Origin: a virus | Lineage: Duplodnaviria; Caudoviricetes | Direction: 5' to 3' (one strand) | Virus record (IMG/VR): IMGVR_UViG_3300020593_000005 | Coordinates: 1 to 39,664 of that record | Length of the DNA: 39,664 nt | Shown: in pieces, positions 15,668 through 25,270 of the stretch | How positions within the stretch are numbered: position 1 is the first letter of the stretch | Layout of the letters: the number at the start of each line of letters is the position of its first letter | Made by a program: the position numbers and the translations under genes | Notes under the pieces: generated by a model | Told to the model about the DNA's origin: nothing | The model's input: the letters and a program-made list of their open reading frames with translations, nothing else | The model's database searches: none

Positions 15668-15754
15668 TCTTGTTCCACCCTCACAGGTGGAAGCCGCTGG
15701 GGTCGGTGACCCTCCCGGAAATGGCTCCAGCGGCAGCATCATGGAGGTTGTGCG

Positions 15755-16048
15755 ATGCCTTGGCCCACCACATCACGACATGAGCGCGGATACGGCCGCG
15801 AGTGGGAGAAGCTGAGAACAGCAGCCCTCCAACGTGACAAGCATCTGTGCCAGCCCTGTCTTCGTAGGCACCGCGTCACGCCCGCAGCTCAGGTCGACCA
15901 CATCAATCCCAAGGCTAAGGGCGGCACGGACGACATGGATAATCTTCAGTCGATATGTGGCCCCTGCCATGATGCCAAGACGCTGACCGATGAAGGGAAG
16001 CGGGCGAAGGTGCGCATCTCTGCCGATGGTTGGCCGGAGCAGCAATAA
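15755..16048 (+). CDS. Packaging-associated HNH endonuclease (HK97 gp74-like)
   Basis: CQPC...VDHINPK..GG...NLQSICGPCH...KT...DGWP. Confidence 0.88.
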   Translation: MPWPTTSRHERGYGREWEKLRTAALQRDKHLCQPCLRRHRVTPAAQVDHINPKAKGGTDDMDNLQSICGPCHDAKTLTDEGKRAKVRISADGWPEQQ

Positions 16049-16118
16049 AACAATTCGGCCCGACAAGGTGGTGGAACACCGAGCCGGGCCTAACCGCAAC
16101 GAACGGATGAGGTTCGAT

Positions 16119-16685
16119 ATGGCTGACATCGATTACGCCAGCGAGGTCTGGCTGACAATTCCATTTGCCCCCGACTATGTTGTGTCGAACTTCGGCAGAG
16201 TTAAGCGCACGGCTCTTGAACCGGCTCACCGATGTGGGCGTCTGCTTAAGCCGAAGATCAGGCGCGACGGCTATCCAGAGGTCACGCTGTATGTGAACGG
16301 CGAGCCGTTATTCTTTCGGGTTCATCAATTGGTGTGCCGCACGTTCCACGGTGAAAGGCCGAAGGGTAAGGATGAGATTGGCCATATCGATGGTGACCGG
16401 TCCAATCCCCGCGCCGACAATCTCCGGTGGGTGACCAAGGAAGAGAATTACGCTGACCGGAATGGCCACGGCACGCACAATAAGGGCATCAATAATGGCG
16501 CTGCCAAGCTCGACCCGCTCAAGGTGCAGGCTGTTCACATCTTAAGCGAGCGACTGCCGAGCAGGAAGGTCGCCTCAGTCTTGGGAATAAGCAAGTCGCA
16601 GGTGGGTAACATCCTGCGGGGTGAAGCTTGGGCAGGCGATCCTCGCCGCCGACAAAGGCGAGCGGAGGCGAAGCGCGCCGCCTGA
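16119..16685 (+). CDS. NUMOD4-HNH homing endonuclease with C-terminal HTH
   Basis: EVW..IP...YVVSNFGRVK; VHQLVCRTF; HIDGDRSNPRADNLRW. Confidence 0.85.
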   Translation: MADIDYASEVWLTIPFAPDYVVSNFGRVKRTALEPAHRCGRLLKPKIRRDGYPEVTLYVNGEPLFFRVHQLVCRTFHGERPKGKDEIGHIDGDRSNPRADNLRWVTKEENYADRNGHGTHNKGINNGAAKLDPLKVQAVHILSERLPSRKVASVLGISKSQVGNILRGEAWAGDPRRRQRRAEAKRAA

Positions 16686-16770
16686 CCAGGGGGGGGTAGT
16701 CGGAAGTCTGGCCCCTCCCGCCGTAGGACCGATGGGGCCCCAAACTTCGCACGTTTGCAGATTGATTTCC
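16686..16770. other. Probable cos region
   Basis: G-run-containing intergenic segment between the HNH genes and terS, the usual cos location in HK97-like phages; the exact cosN was not identified. Confidence 0.4.
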
Positions 16771-16801
16771 TGAATTGGTCAAAGCGCAAAGGAGGCCGAC
16801 C

Positions 16802-17200
16802 ATGGCCGTTCGCGGCGCAAAACCAAAACCGACCCGCCTGCGTCTGGTCGATGGCACCAACAATGTGACCCGCCATGGACCTGAAGCAGAGGCGCGAAAA
16901 AAGGCAGAAGCGGCAGAGGATCTGTTCGGCAAGCCCGTGTTGCCTTCGGGCATGAAGGGCGAGGCCGCGAAGGCGTGGAAGCGATACATCGTCCCTGCTG
17001 GCTGGCTGGATGCCACCCGTGAGGCCGCCGCAATCGCCTTCTGTGAACTCTGGTCGGAGTTCAGGTTCAACCCAACGGGCTTTCCCGCATCGAAGCACGG
17101 GCAATTGCGCGCTTACATGAGCGAGCTTGGCCTGACCGATGAGCGGAACAGGACGGAAGATGGCACCAAGAAGGAGAAAGACGAGTTCTTCGACGACTGA
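16802..17200 (+). CDS. terS: Terminase small subunit
   Basis: AAGGAGG RBS; MAVRGAKPKPTRLRLVDG...ELGLT..R (P27-like). Confidence 0.85.
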   Translation: MAVRGAKPKPTRLRLVDGTNNVTRHGPEAEARKKAEAAEDLFGKPVLPSGMKGEAAKAWKRYIVPAGWLDATREAAAIAFCELWSEFRFNPTGFPASKHGQLRAYMSELGLTDERNRTEDGTKKEKDEFFDD

Positions 17201-19025
17201 TCGCGGCACACAATGGGCGCGCGATGTCGTCGCGGGGAAAGTTGTTGCCGGACCGCACATTCGCAACGCCTGCCGCCGTCATCTCGACGATTTGGGGCGC
17301 GGGCACGAGCGCGGGCTGACCTATTCGGTTGCGAAGGCCGAGCGCGCTCTGCGGTTCTTTGAGACGAGGCTTCGGCTTAACGGGGGGCAATTCGAGGGCA
17401 AGCCGTTCCTGCTGCATCCGTCGCAGGCGTTCAAGCTGTCGAACATATTCGGATGGCTGCGCGCCGATGGAACGCGCCGCTTCCGCCGGGCTTACATCGA
17501 GGAAGGCAAGGGCAACGGCAAGTCGCCGTTCGCTGGCGGCATCGGTCTCTACGGGATGATGGCCGATGACGAGCCGGGGGCAGAAATCTACGCGGTGGCC
17601 GCGCATCGCGATCAGGCGAAGATCCTGTTCAACGACGCAGTTGCGATGGTGGAGCAATCGCCGGATTTGGATAGCCGCATCACGAAGAGCGGTGGTCCGG
17701 GTCGGGTCTATAATCTCGCTTGGCTGGCGAAGGGTTCATTCTTTCGTCCGCTCAGCCGAAGCGCGGGCAAGTCGGGTTCCGGCCTTCGTCCGCATATCGG
17801 TCTCGCCGACGAGATGCACGAACATCCAAACCGCGATGCGGTCGAGATGATCGAACGCGGTTTCAAGTTTCGGCGGCAACCGCTGCTGCTGATGATTACG
17901 AACAGCGGCACCGACCGCAATTCGATCTGCTACGAGGAGCACGAACACGCGGTCAGGGTGGCCGCAGGCACGATGACGCCGGGCGAAGACTTCGCCTATG
18001 TGGGCGAGCCGATTGATGACAGCACGTTCTCTTTCGTGTGTAGCCTTGATCCGGGCGACGATCCCCTCAACGATCCGTCCTGCTGGGTCAAGGCGAACCC
18101 GCTGCTGGGCACGATCCTCACAGAGGACTATCTCGCGGGTGTGGTCGCGCAGGCCAAGGCGATCCCCGGCAAGCTGAACGGTATCCTCCGCCTTCACTTC
18201 TGTGTTTGGACGGACGCGGAAAGCGCGTGGATGTCTCGGGCAGTGTTGGAGCCATGCCTCGCCGATTTTGATCCGGCAGAGCATTACGGAAAGAAAGTCG
18301 CCATCGGCATCGACCTCTCGCAGTCGCGCGACATCACAGCCAAGGCGAACATCGTGGAGACGGGCAGCCTCGAAGTGGAGGTCACGGTCGACGGCGAGAC
18401 GAAGATCGTCACGAAGCCGACCTATGATGCCTGGATTGAGGCATGGACGCCCGGTGATACGATCGATGAACGATCCACGAAGGACAAGACGCCCTATAAT
18501 GTCTGGGCGCAAAATGGCCATATTCATGCGCCCAAGGGGCAGAGCATCCGCTTCGATCATGTCGCGCAGGCGATTGCGGACGACGACAGGAATTATGACA
18601 TCACAGCGGTTGGGTATGACCGATACGCGTTCCGCCAGTTCGAGAATGAGTGCACGCAGATTGGGCTCAGCGTCCAGTTCGTCGAGCATCCCCAGGGCGG
18701 CACGAAAAAGGGCAAACCGACAGATGCGATGGTTGCTGAGGCGAAGGCCCGCGATGCGGAGCCAGAGGGCCTCTGGATGCCCGGCTCGGTTCGGGAACTG
18801 GAAAGCGCGATGATGGAAGGCCGGATCAGAATCAGGCGAAACCCGGTGCTGATATCGGCGATGATGAGCGCGGTCACCGATGAAGACCGCTGGGGTAATT
18901 ATTGGCTGGCAAAGGAGCGCGCCGTGAACAAGATCGACGCAGCCGTCGCGCTCTGCATGGCTATCGGGGTTGCGGCCAAGGTGCCCCAGCAGCGCGAAGC
19001 TAAATTCCAGATGCTGATCCTGTAA
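17160..19025 (+). CDS. terL: Terminase large subunit
   Basis: Walker A GKGNGKS, DEMHEH, GIDLS, KIDAAVALCMA. Confidence 0.95.
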   Translation: MAPRRRKTSSSTTDRGTQWARDVVAGKVVAGPHIRNACRRHLDDLGRGHERGLTYSVAKAERALRFFETRLRLNGGQFEGKPFLLHPSQAFKLSNIFGWLRADGTRRFRRAYIEEGKGNGKSPFAGGIGLYGMMADDEPGAEIYAVAAHRDQAKILFNDAVAMVEQSPDLDSRITKSGGPGRVYNLAWLAKGSFFRPLSRSAGKSGSGLRPHIGLADEMHEHPNRDAVEMIERGFKFRRQPLLLMITNSGTDRNSICYEEHEHAVRVAAGTMTPGEDFAYVGEPIDDSTFSFVCSLDPGDDPLNDPSCWVKANPLLGTILTEDYLAGVVAQAKAIPGKLNGILRLHFCVWTDAESAWMSRAVLEPCLADFDPAEHYGKKVAIGIDLSQSRDITAKANIVETGSLEVEVTVDGETKIVTKPTYDAWIEAWTPGDTIDERSTKDKTPYNVWAQNGHIHAPKGQSIRFDHVAQAIADDDRNYDITAVGYDRYAFRQFENECTQIGLSVQFVEHPQGGTKKGKPTDAMVAEAKARDAEPEGLWMPGSVRELESAMMEGRIRIRRNPVLISAMMSAVTDEDRWGNYWLAKERAVNKIDAAVALCMAIGVAAKVPQQREAKFQMLIL

Positions 19026-19035
19026 GGAAAAACAT

Positions 19036-19680
19036 ATGCACAGAGCGTATTCGATCCTCGACGTGAAAAGCGTCGATGAAGGAAAGCGTGTGTTTCGTGG
19101 AATCGCAACCACGCCCGCGTTGGATCGCGTAAATGATTCCATCGACCCGCTGGGTGCCTCCTTTGCGAAGGAAATCCCGCTGCTTCATGCACACCAGCAT
19201 GATAAACCAATTGGGACCGTGCGCCTCGGGAAACCGACTAAGGCGGGGATTCCGTTTGAAGCCGAGATCCCGGTCATCCACGAGCCGCCGACGCTGAAAG
19301 AGCGTGTCGATGTGGCTTATGCGGAGTTGGTGCATGGTCTTGTGAAGGCCGTGTCGATCGGCTTCCGCCCCACAAAATCTCCAACTTTCAACGACGCTGG
19401 AGGATTCGATTTCCCTGCGGTCGAGATCATGGAACTTTCTACTGTGGCGATTCCGGCTCAGGCCGAAGCCTTGGTGCACACAATTAAGAGCTTCGATGAA
19501 GCTGCAATGCGGGATGCTGGCGTCGAAAACGACCCTCTTCCCGACCCAGAAATTCCCGCCAAGCCCGATGACGCAGCCGCGACCGGCAAGAGCGTTCGCG
19601 TGGTGAAGCTGGATGCCCCTGCCCGCGACCGGGCGAAACCCTTCGTCATCAACCGCATCGTGCGGACAGGACAGGACTGA
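19036..19680 (+). CDS. HK97-family prohead protease
   Basis: PLLHAHQHDKPIG, VSIGF, ELSTVAIPA. Confidence 0.9.
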   Translation: MHRAYSILDVKSVDEGKRVFRGIATTPALDRVNDSIDPLGASFAKEIPLLHAHQHDKPIGTVRLGKPTKAGIPFEAEIPVIHEPPTLKERVDVAYAELVHGLVKAVSIGFRPTKSPTFNDAGGFDFPAVEIMELSTVAIPAQAEALVHTIKSFDEAAMRDAGVENDPLPDPEIPAKPDDAAATGKSVRVVKLDAPARDRAKPFVINRIVRTGQD

Positions 19681-19685
19681 ACATC

Positions 19686-21077
19686 ATGAAATTCGCTGAA
19701 CAGATCAGCGCCTTCGAACAGAAGCGCGCATCGCTGGTGGCTGCCAATGAGGCCATCATGGAAAAAGCTGCCGGTGAGGGCGCAACGCTCGACGCCGCTC
19801 AGAAGGAAGAGTTCGACGGCAACGCCACTGACATCGCCGAAATCGACGATCACCTGAAGCGCCTGAAGGCGATGGAAGCCGCACAGGGCGCCCAGGCCAC
19901 GCCGGTTGCTGGTCAGAACGCTGCTGAAGCGTCGGCTTCGCGTGGCGGCCAGCGCATCGAAGTCAAGGGCACCAATCTGCCCAAGGGCACGGCGTTCACC
20001 CGCTATGCGATGTCCCTCGCCCGCTCCAAGGGCAATCTGATGCAGGCGCAGGAGATTGCCAAGGGCTGGCAGGATACGCCGGAGGTTGAAATTGTGCTGA
20101 AGGCTGCTGTCGCGGCGGGCACCACGACCGACGCCAGTTGGGCCAAGCCGCTGGTCGAGTATGAGAACATGGTCGGCGAATTCGCCGAACTGCTCCGTCC
20201 CGCCACCATCATCGGCCGCATCCCCGGCCTGCGCCGGGTGCCCTTCAACATCAAGATTCCGCGCCAAACCGGCGGCTCGTCGGTCGGCTGGGTCGGTGAA
20301 GGGAAGCCCAAGCCTGTCAGTGCTCTGGCGTTCGATCAGATCACGCTTGGCATGGCGAAGACAGCGGGGATCGTCGTCATCACCGACGAGCTTGCCCGTT
20401 CATCCAGCCCGGCGGCGGAAGGTGTTGTCCGTGACGATCTCGTCGCGCAGACGGCGCAGTTCCTCGACAGCCAGTTCGTTGACCCGGCCAAGGCCGCTGT
20501 TTCGAACGTCTCGCCTGCGTCGATCACGAACGGCGTGACGCCTGTCACGGCCAGCGGAACGGATGCGGACGCAGTGCGCGCCGATGTGCAGGAACTGATG
20601 GGCAAGTTCATCACCGCCAACCTGTCTCTGGCAGGCGCGGTGTGGATCATGACCGAGATGCAGGCTCTGGGCCTTGCCCTCATGCTCAACCCTCTGGGGC
20701 AGCCGGAGTTTCCCGGCCTCCAGATCAACGGGAACAGCGGCGGCACGTTCTTCGGTCTGCCTGTCGTGCTGTCGGAGAACATCCCGGCGAACGCGGGGGC
20801 GGGCGATCCGGTGGTGGGCGCAGGCGCGCGCATCATTCTTGCGAAGGCCAGTGAAATCCTGCTGGCTGACGACGGGCAGACGATGCTCGATGTCAGCAGC
20901 GAGGCATCTTTGCAGATGGAGAGCAGCCCTGATGCGCCGGCCACTGCCACCACTGTGCTGGTGTCGCTGTGGCAACATAATATGATCGGCATTAGGGCGG
21001 AGCGCTACGTCAATTGGGCCAAGCGCCGCGCCGGCGCCGTCCAGTTCATCGACAGCGCGAATTACGGCACCGCCTGA
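19686..21077 (+). CDS. HK97-fold major capsid protein with N-terminal delta domain
   Basis: Coiled-coil N-terminus; WVGEGKPKP; SLWQHNMIGIRAE. Confidence 0.93.
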   Translation: MKFAEQISAFEQKRASLVAANEAIMEKAAGEGATLDAAQKEEFDGNATDIAEIDDHLKRLKAMEAAQGAQATPVAGQNAAEASASRGGQRIEVKGTNLPKGTAFTRYAMSLARSKGNLMQAQEIAKGWQDTPEVEIVLKAAVAAGTTTDASWAKPLVEYENMVGEFAELLRPATIIGRIPGLRRVPFNIKIPRQTGGSSVGWVGEGKPKPVSALAFDQITLGMAKTAGIVVITDELARSSSPAAEGVVRDDLVAQTAQFLDSQFVDPAKAAVSNVSPASITNGVTPVTASGTDADAVRADVQELMGKFITANLSLAGAVWIMTEMQALGLALMLNPLGQPEFPGLQINGNSGGTFFGLPVVLSENIPANAGAGDPVVGAGARIILAKASEILLADDGQTMLDVSSEASLQMESSPDAPATATTVLVSLWQHNMIGIRAERYVNWAKRRAGAVQFIDSANYGTA

Positions 21078-21136
21078 TCGCAATGAAGCAATGCGCCCGG
21101 CTGCTCACGCGGCCGGGCCATTCACTGGAGATTCTC

Positions 21137-21367
21137 ATGAAGCACCAGGCCTATTTCACCCGAGCGTTGAAGGCGAAGGATCGCCGCTTCGCGCGCATCT
21201 TCGGCAAGCTAGGTTACGAAACCGCACAGATGGTCGCGGAAGATGGCGAGCCCGACATCGATGCCATCCGCGACCTGTATCAGGAGGTTATCGGCAAGAA
21301 GCCATATCACGGCTGGGACGCTGATACCCTTAACCAGAAGATCGCCGAGAAGCGCGCGGAATCCTGA
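21137..21367 (+). CDS. Small head-associated protein
   Basis: GGAG RBS; GKKPYHGWDADTL motif. Confidence 0.7.
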   Translation: MKHQAYFTRALKAKDRRFARIFGKLGYETAQMVAEDGEPDIDAIRDLYQEVIGKKPYHGWDADTLNQKIAEKRAES

Positions 21368-21573
21368 TGCGAGGCTACACCCCCCCCTACACGCCGTCGC
21401 GCCTAACGGCCGTCCCTCGACGCATGGGCGATGATGCTGCGCGGGTTGATTGGGTGGTCCGCACATGGCGCAAGCGCGGCTTGATCTACGAAGCCCCGAA
21501 GGCAGCAGCGATCGCATACATCAACGAAATCGGTCGCGACAGGATCGATGCCGCCATGAAGGCGGCCAAGTAA
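21367..21573 (+). CDS. Hypothetical protein
   Basis: TGATG and TAATG coupling. Confidence 0.5.
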   Translation: MRGYTPPYTPSRLTAVPRRMGDDAARVDWVVRTWRKRGLIYEAPKAAAIAYINEIGRDRIDAAMKAAK

Positions 21574-22925
21574 TGCGTATCCTTGGCCTCACCATCACGC
21601 GCGAGAAGGCGGCCGGTCTATCTTCCGTCGACAATCGCGGAGGATGGTGGCCTGTCGTGCGAGAATCCTTCGCCGGCGCATGGCAACAGAATGTGGAAGT
21701 GAAGGCCGCCAATGTGGTTGCCAATCATGCGGTTTTTGCATGTCAGACGCTGATCGCCAGCGACATCGCCAAGCTGCGGGTCAAGCTGGTGGCGCAGGAC
21801 AGCGATGGCATCTGGTCCGAGGTGAAGAACCCGGCCTATAGCCCGGTGCTGCGGAAGCCGAACCATTTCCAGACGCGCATCCAGTTCTATGAATCGTGGG
21901 TTCTGTCCAAGCTCCAGCGCGGTAATAGCTATGTTCTGAAACAGCGCGACGGGCGCGGCGTAGTGACCGCGCTCTATGTGCTGAACCCTGACCGTGTGAC
22001 GCCGTTGGTTTCGGAGAGTGGCGAAGTTTTCTATGACCTGAAGGCGGACAATCTGATGGGCTTGGAGAACGGCCTGATCGTTCCCGCCCGTGAGATCATC
22101 CATGATCGGTTCAATTGCCTGTTCCATCCGCTCGTCGGCCTGTCGCCGATCTTCGCGAACGGGCTGGCGGCCACACAAGGGCTTGCCGCTCAGAACAGCA
22201 GCACGCTTCTGTTTCAGAATGGCGCCCGCCCCGGCGGCATCCTCACCGCACCCGGCGCGATCAGTGACGAGACGGCATCGCGCCTGAAGGAACATTGGGA
22301 CAGCAACTATTCCGGCGCGAATGCGGGCAAGGTCGCCGTGCTGGGCGATGGCCTCAAGTTTGAAGCCATGTCGATGAAGGCTGTGGACGCGCAGCTTGTG
22401 GAGCAACTGAAATGGTCGGCGGAGGTCGTCTGCTCCACCTATCATGTGCCGCCCTACAAGATCGGCATCGGTCAGCAGCCGACCTACAACAATGTGCAGG
22501 CGCTCAACACCGAATATTATTCGCAGTGCCTTCAGGTGCTGATCGAGGCCATCGAACTTTGCCTGGATGAGGGGCTTGCAACTGGCGAAACGCTCGGGAC
22601 CGAGTTCGACGTCGACAATCTGCTGCGCATGGACAGCGTGACGCAGATGGAAGTGCTTGAGAAGGCGAGCGGCGTTCTGACGATCGATGAGAAGCGGGCC
22701 AAGCTAGACAAGCGGAAGGTGATCGGCGGCGATGCCGTCTATCTCCAGCAGCAGAATTATAGCCTGGCCGCTCTCGCCAAACGCGACGCGCAGAATGATC
22801 CGTTCGGTAACGGAGCCGATGCGCCATCCCCACCGGCGCCTGCTAACGATGAACCTGACCCCGAAGCGCAGCGCGCAGTGTTGGCGCTCTACGAGAAAGA
22901 CCTGCGGGAGGCGCTGAATGCTTGA
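21573..22925 (+). CDS. HK97-family portal protein
   Basis: AVFAC..LIASDIAKL, KPN, GNSY, IIHDR, GLSPI, NGARPGGIL, YHVPP. Confidence 0.93.
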   Translation: MRILGLTITREKAAGLSSVDNRGGWWPVVRESFAGAWQQNVEVKAANVVANHAVFACQTLIASDIAKLRVKLVAQDSDGIWSEVKNPAYSPVLRKPNHFQTRIQFYESWVLSKLQRGNSYVLKQRDGRGVVTALYVLNPDRVTPLVSESGEVFYDLKADNLMGLENGLIVPAREIIHDRFNCLFHPLVGLSPIFANGLAATQGLAAQNSSTLLFQNGARPGGILTAPGAISDETASRLKEHWDSNYSGANAGKVAVLGDGLKFEAMSMKAVDAQLVEQLKWSAEVVCSTYHVPPYKIGIGQQPTYNNVQALNTEYYSQCLQVLIEAIELCLDEGLATGETLGTEFDVDNLLRMDSVTQMEVLEKASGVLTIDEKRAKLDKRKVIGGDAVYLQQQNYSLAALAKRDAQNDPFGNGADAPSPPAPANDEPDPEAQRAVLALYEKDLREALNA

Positions 22926-23832
22926 CACGAAGGCGCTGGCCGCCGCGACCGCATTGATCGTGCGCGAGCATGTAGATGCTGCACTTGCCCCCGTTCTGGC
23001 AGAGAACAAGGCTTTGCGCGAGCGTATGGAAGCGCTGGAAACTGCGCCGATTGTGAGCGCCAAGGACATCACTGTCGAAATCTCGCCCTACTTTGAAGAG
23101 ATGCTCGATGCGCGGTTTTCCGCTCTGCCCGCGCCAGTTGATGGGAAAGACGGGATAGACGGTAAGGACGCCGATCCGGCCCAGATCAAGGCTATGATTG
23201 ATGAGGTTGTGGCCACCCTACCCGCTCCCGAACGCGGGGAGAAAGGGGAAACCGGCGAGCGTGGTCCAGAAGGCCCATCTGGCAAAGATATCGACATGGA
23301 TCAGGTCAAAAGACTGGTCGATGAAGCCGTCGCGTCGTTGCCGCCTCCCGTTCCCGGCGAGCCGGGGCCGCAGGGCATTAAGGGTGAGCCCGGCGAACCG
23401 GGGCGCGACGGCAAGGACGGCGCGGGTATCGCTGATCTTGTGATCGACCGCAGCGGCAATCTGGTCGCCACCTTCACCGATGGCCGGATGAAAGAACTTG
23501 GCCTGATTGTCGGCAAGGACGGTCGCGATGGGATCGACGGCAAGGACGGCGTCCCCTTCGGCCCGGACGATATCGACATGACCCTGATGGAAGATGGCCG
23601 CACCCTCCGCATTGCCTTTTCCAAGGGTGATACGGAATATGCGTTTCAGGTTCCCTTCCCGGCAATGATCTATCGCGGAGTCTGGCGCGAAGGTCAGGAA
23701 TATGCCGAGGGCGATACCGTCACATGGGGCGGAAATCTTTGGCACGCCAACAAAGAGACGGGGGGCAAGCCCGACTGCGGCGATTGGACGCTGTGCGCTA
23801 AGAAGGGTCGAGACGGGAAGGACGCCCGCTGA
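22918..23832 (+). CDS. Collagen-like virion protein
   Basis: Gly-X-Y runs (GEPGPQGIKGEPGEPGRDGKDG); C-terminal YRGVW...GDTVTWGG..W domain. Confidence 0.8.
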   Translation: MLDTKALAAATALIVREHVDAALAPVLAENKALRERMEALETAPIVSAKDITVEISPYFEEMLDARFSALPAPVDGKDGIDGKDADPAQIKAMIDEVVATLPAPERGEKGETGERGPEGPSGKDIDMDQVKRLVDEAVASLPPPVPGEPGPQGIKGEPGEPGRDGKDGAGIADLVIDRSGNLVATFTDGRMKELGLIVGKDGRDGIDGKDGVPFGPDDIDMTLMEDGRTLRIAFSKGDTEYAFQVPFPAMIYRGVWREGQEYAEGDTVTWGGNLWHANKETGGKPDCGDWTLCAKKGRDGKDAR

Positions 23833-24119
23833 TGGCCGCGCTCATCAGTCTCGAAGAGGCCAAGGCGCAACTCGCCATCCTTTCCGACGATCAGGATGCG
23901 ACGATCACACTGGACGCCGAAATGGCGACCGACATTGTGATGGGCTACATCAAGAAGGATGCGGTTGAACTGGAATGGACGGACGAAACCGTTCCGTTCC
24001 GGATCAAGGCCGCGATTATCCTCGTGCTTCGCGCGCTGTTCTTTCAGGATGAGGGCGAACCGTTGAGTGATGCTGCAAAGGCACTGCTCCATCGGGATCG
24101 TGATCCGGCGCTGGCATGA
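23832..24119 (+). CDS. Head-tail connector (gp6-like)
   Basis: ISLEEAKAQL...VP..IKAAI. Confidence 0.85.
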   Translation: MAALISLEEAKAQLAILSDDQDATITLDAEMATDIVMGYIKKDAVELEWTDETVPFRIKAAIILVLRALFFQDEGEPLSDAAKALLHRDRDPALA

Positions 24120-24436
24120 AAGCCCGCAACCGTCACGACCTCATCGTCATCGAGCGCGCCACCATCACGCGCAACGCTTACAATGAGACAGTCGAGACTT
24201 GGGGCGAATATTGCCGAGAATACGCCGCCGTTTTCTACGGCAACGGCACCGAGCAGCGGGAGGCCGCCCAGACGCAGGCGTCCCAGGTCGCCAGCTTCGA
24301 AGTGCTGGCGAACAGCAAGACGCGCGAGATCAGCGTGACAGACCGGATCAGCTTCAACGGCTTGTGGGATATTCGCTCGGTCGCTCCGATGGGCCGGGAT
24401 GGCGTCAAGATCAATGCAGCGCGGCAGGTGCCGTGA
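24116..24436 (+). CDS. Head closure / head-tail adaptor
   Basis: Position and size; G.EQREA...DRI motif. Confidence 0.8.
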   Translation: MKARNRHDLIVIERATITRNAYNETVETWGEYCREYAAVFYGNGTEQREAAQTQASQVASFEVLANSKTREISVTDRISFNGLWDIRSVAPMGRDGVKINAARQVP

Positions 24437-24864
24437 TGAGCGAAGTCTTCAAGCTCACGGGTATGAAGGAACTGGAACAGGCCTTCCGTCAGATCGGCGA
24501 TGTGCCGAAGAACAGACGCATCGGCTTCAAGGCTCTGCGCGCTGGTGGCGAGCCTATCGCCAAAGCGGCCCGATCCATGGCGCCGGTCGGCGAAGGTGAT
24601 CTGCGCGAAAGCATCGACGTTCTGCCGACCCTCGCGCCTTCCCAGCGCGGCGACCGCGGCGCAGTGGCTCCGCTGGAAATGCATGTCGGCCCCGGCCAGC
24701 AGCCGCAGGCGATTACGCAGGAGTTCGGAACGTGGTTTTCTCCAGCGCAGCCATTCATGCGGCCTGCGTGGGAATCGCAGCGCATGACGGCGCTGGACCT
24801 GATCGGCGCAACGCTGGGCATCGAAGTGACGAAGGCCGCCGCGAAGGCTCCGAAAGGGCGATAA
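24436..24864 (+). CDS. HK97 gp10-family neck/tail protein
   Basis: APV..GDLRESI; QEFGT....AQPFMRPAW. Confidence 0.88.
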   Translation: MSEVFKLTGMKELEQAFRQIGDVPKNRRIGFKALRAGGEPIAKAARSMAPVGEGDLRESIDVLPTLAPSQRGDRGAVAPLEMHVGPGQQPQAITQEFGTWFSPAQPFMRPAWESQRMTALDLIGATLGIEVTKAAAKAPKGR

Positions 24865-25257
24865 ATGGAAGCAGACCTTATCGCTCGCTTGCTGGCCGAT
24901 AGCGGGTTGTCGGCGCTTGTCGATAGCCGGATGAACATTCTGGCCCGTCCTCAGCTGGAGGCGCTGCCCGCGATCACGCTTCAGAAAGTCGCTCCGGGCC
25001 GCGCATACACATTTTCGGGCGCTGATGGTGCCCACGGAACACTGATGCAGTTCGATGTCTGGGGCAAGCGCATCTCAGACGTGAAGCCCATCATGGCAGC
25101 GCTCACAGCGGCGCTGGAGCAGCCGTCCACCGTCGGCGGAACACAGTTTGGCATGTCCTTCCTCCAATCGGAGCGAGACAGCCTCGAAGAAGTGCCAGGG
25201 GAAGGCACGATCTACCGCATCAGCGCGGATTTTCTCATCTGGTGGCAACATCTCTGA
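24865..25257 (+). CDS. Tail terminator (DUF3168-like)
   Basis: Position; PAITL, MQFDVW and YRISADF motifs. Confidence 0.8.
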   Translation: MEADLIARLLADSGLSALVDSRMNILARPQLEALPAITLQKVAPGRAYTFSGADGAHGTLMQFDVWGKRISDVKPIMAALTAALEQPSTVGGTQFGMSFLQSERDSLEEVPGEGTIYRISADFLIWWQHL

Positions 25258-25270
25258 AAGGTGAAATGAA

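Noticed and set aside
17736-19142. 468-aa minus-strand ORF
   Set aside because: Shadow of terL with no recognisable domain
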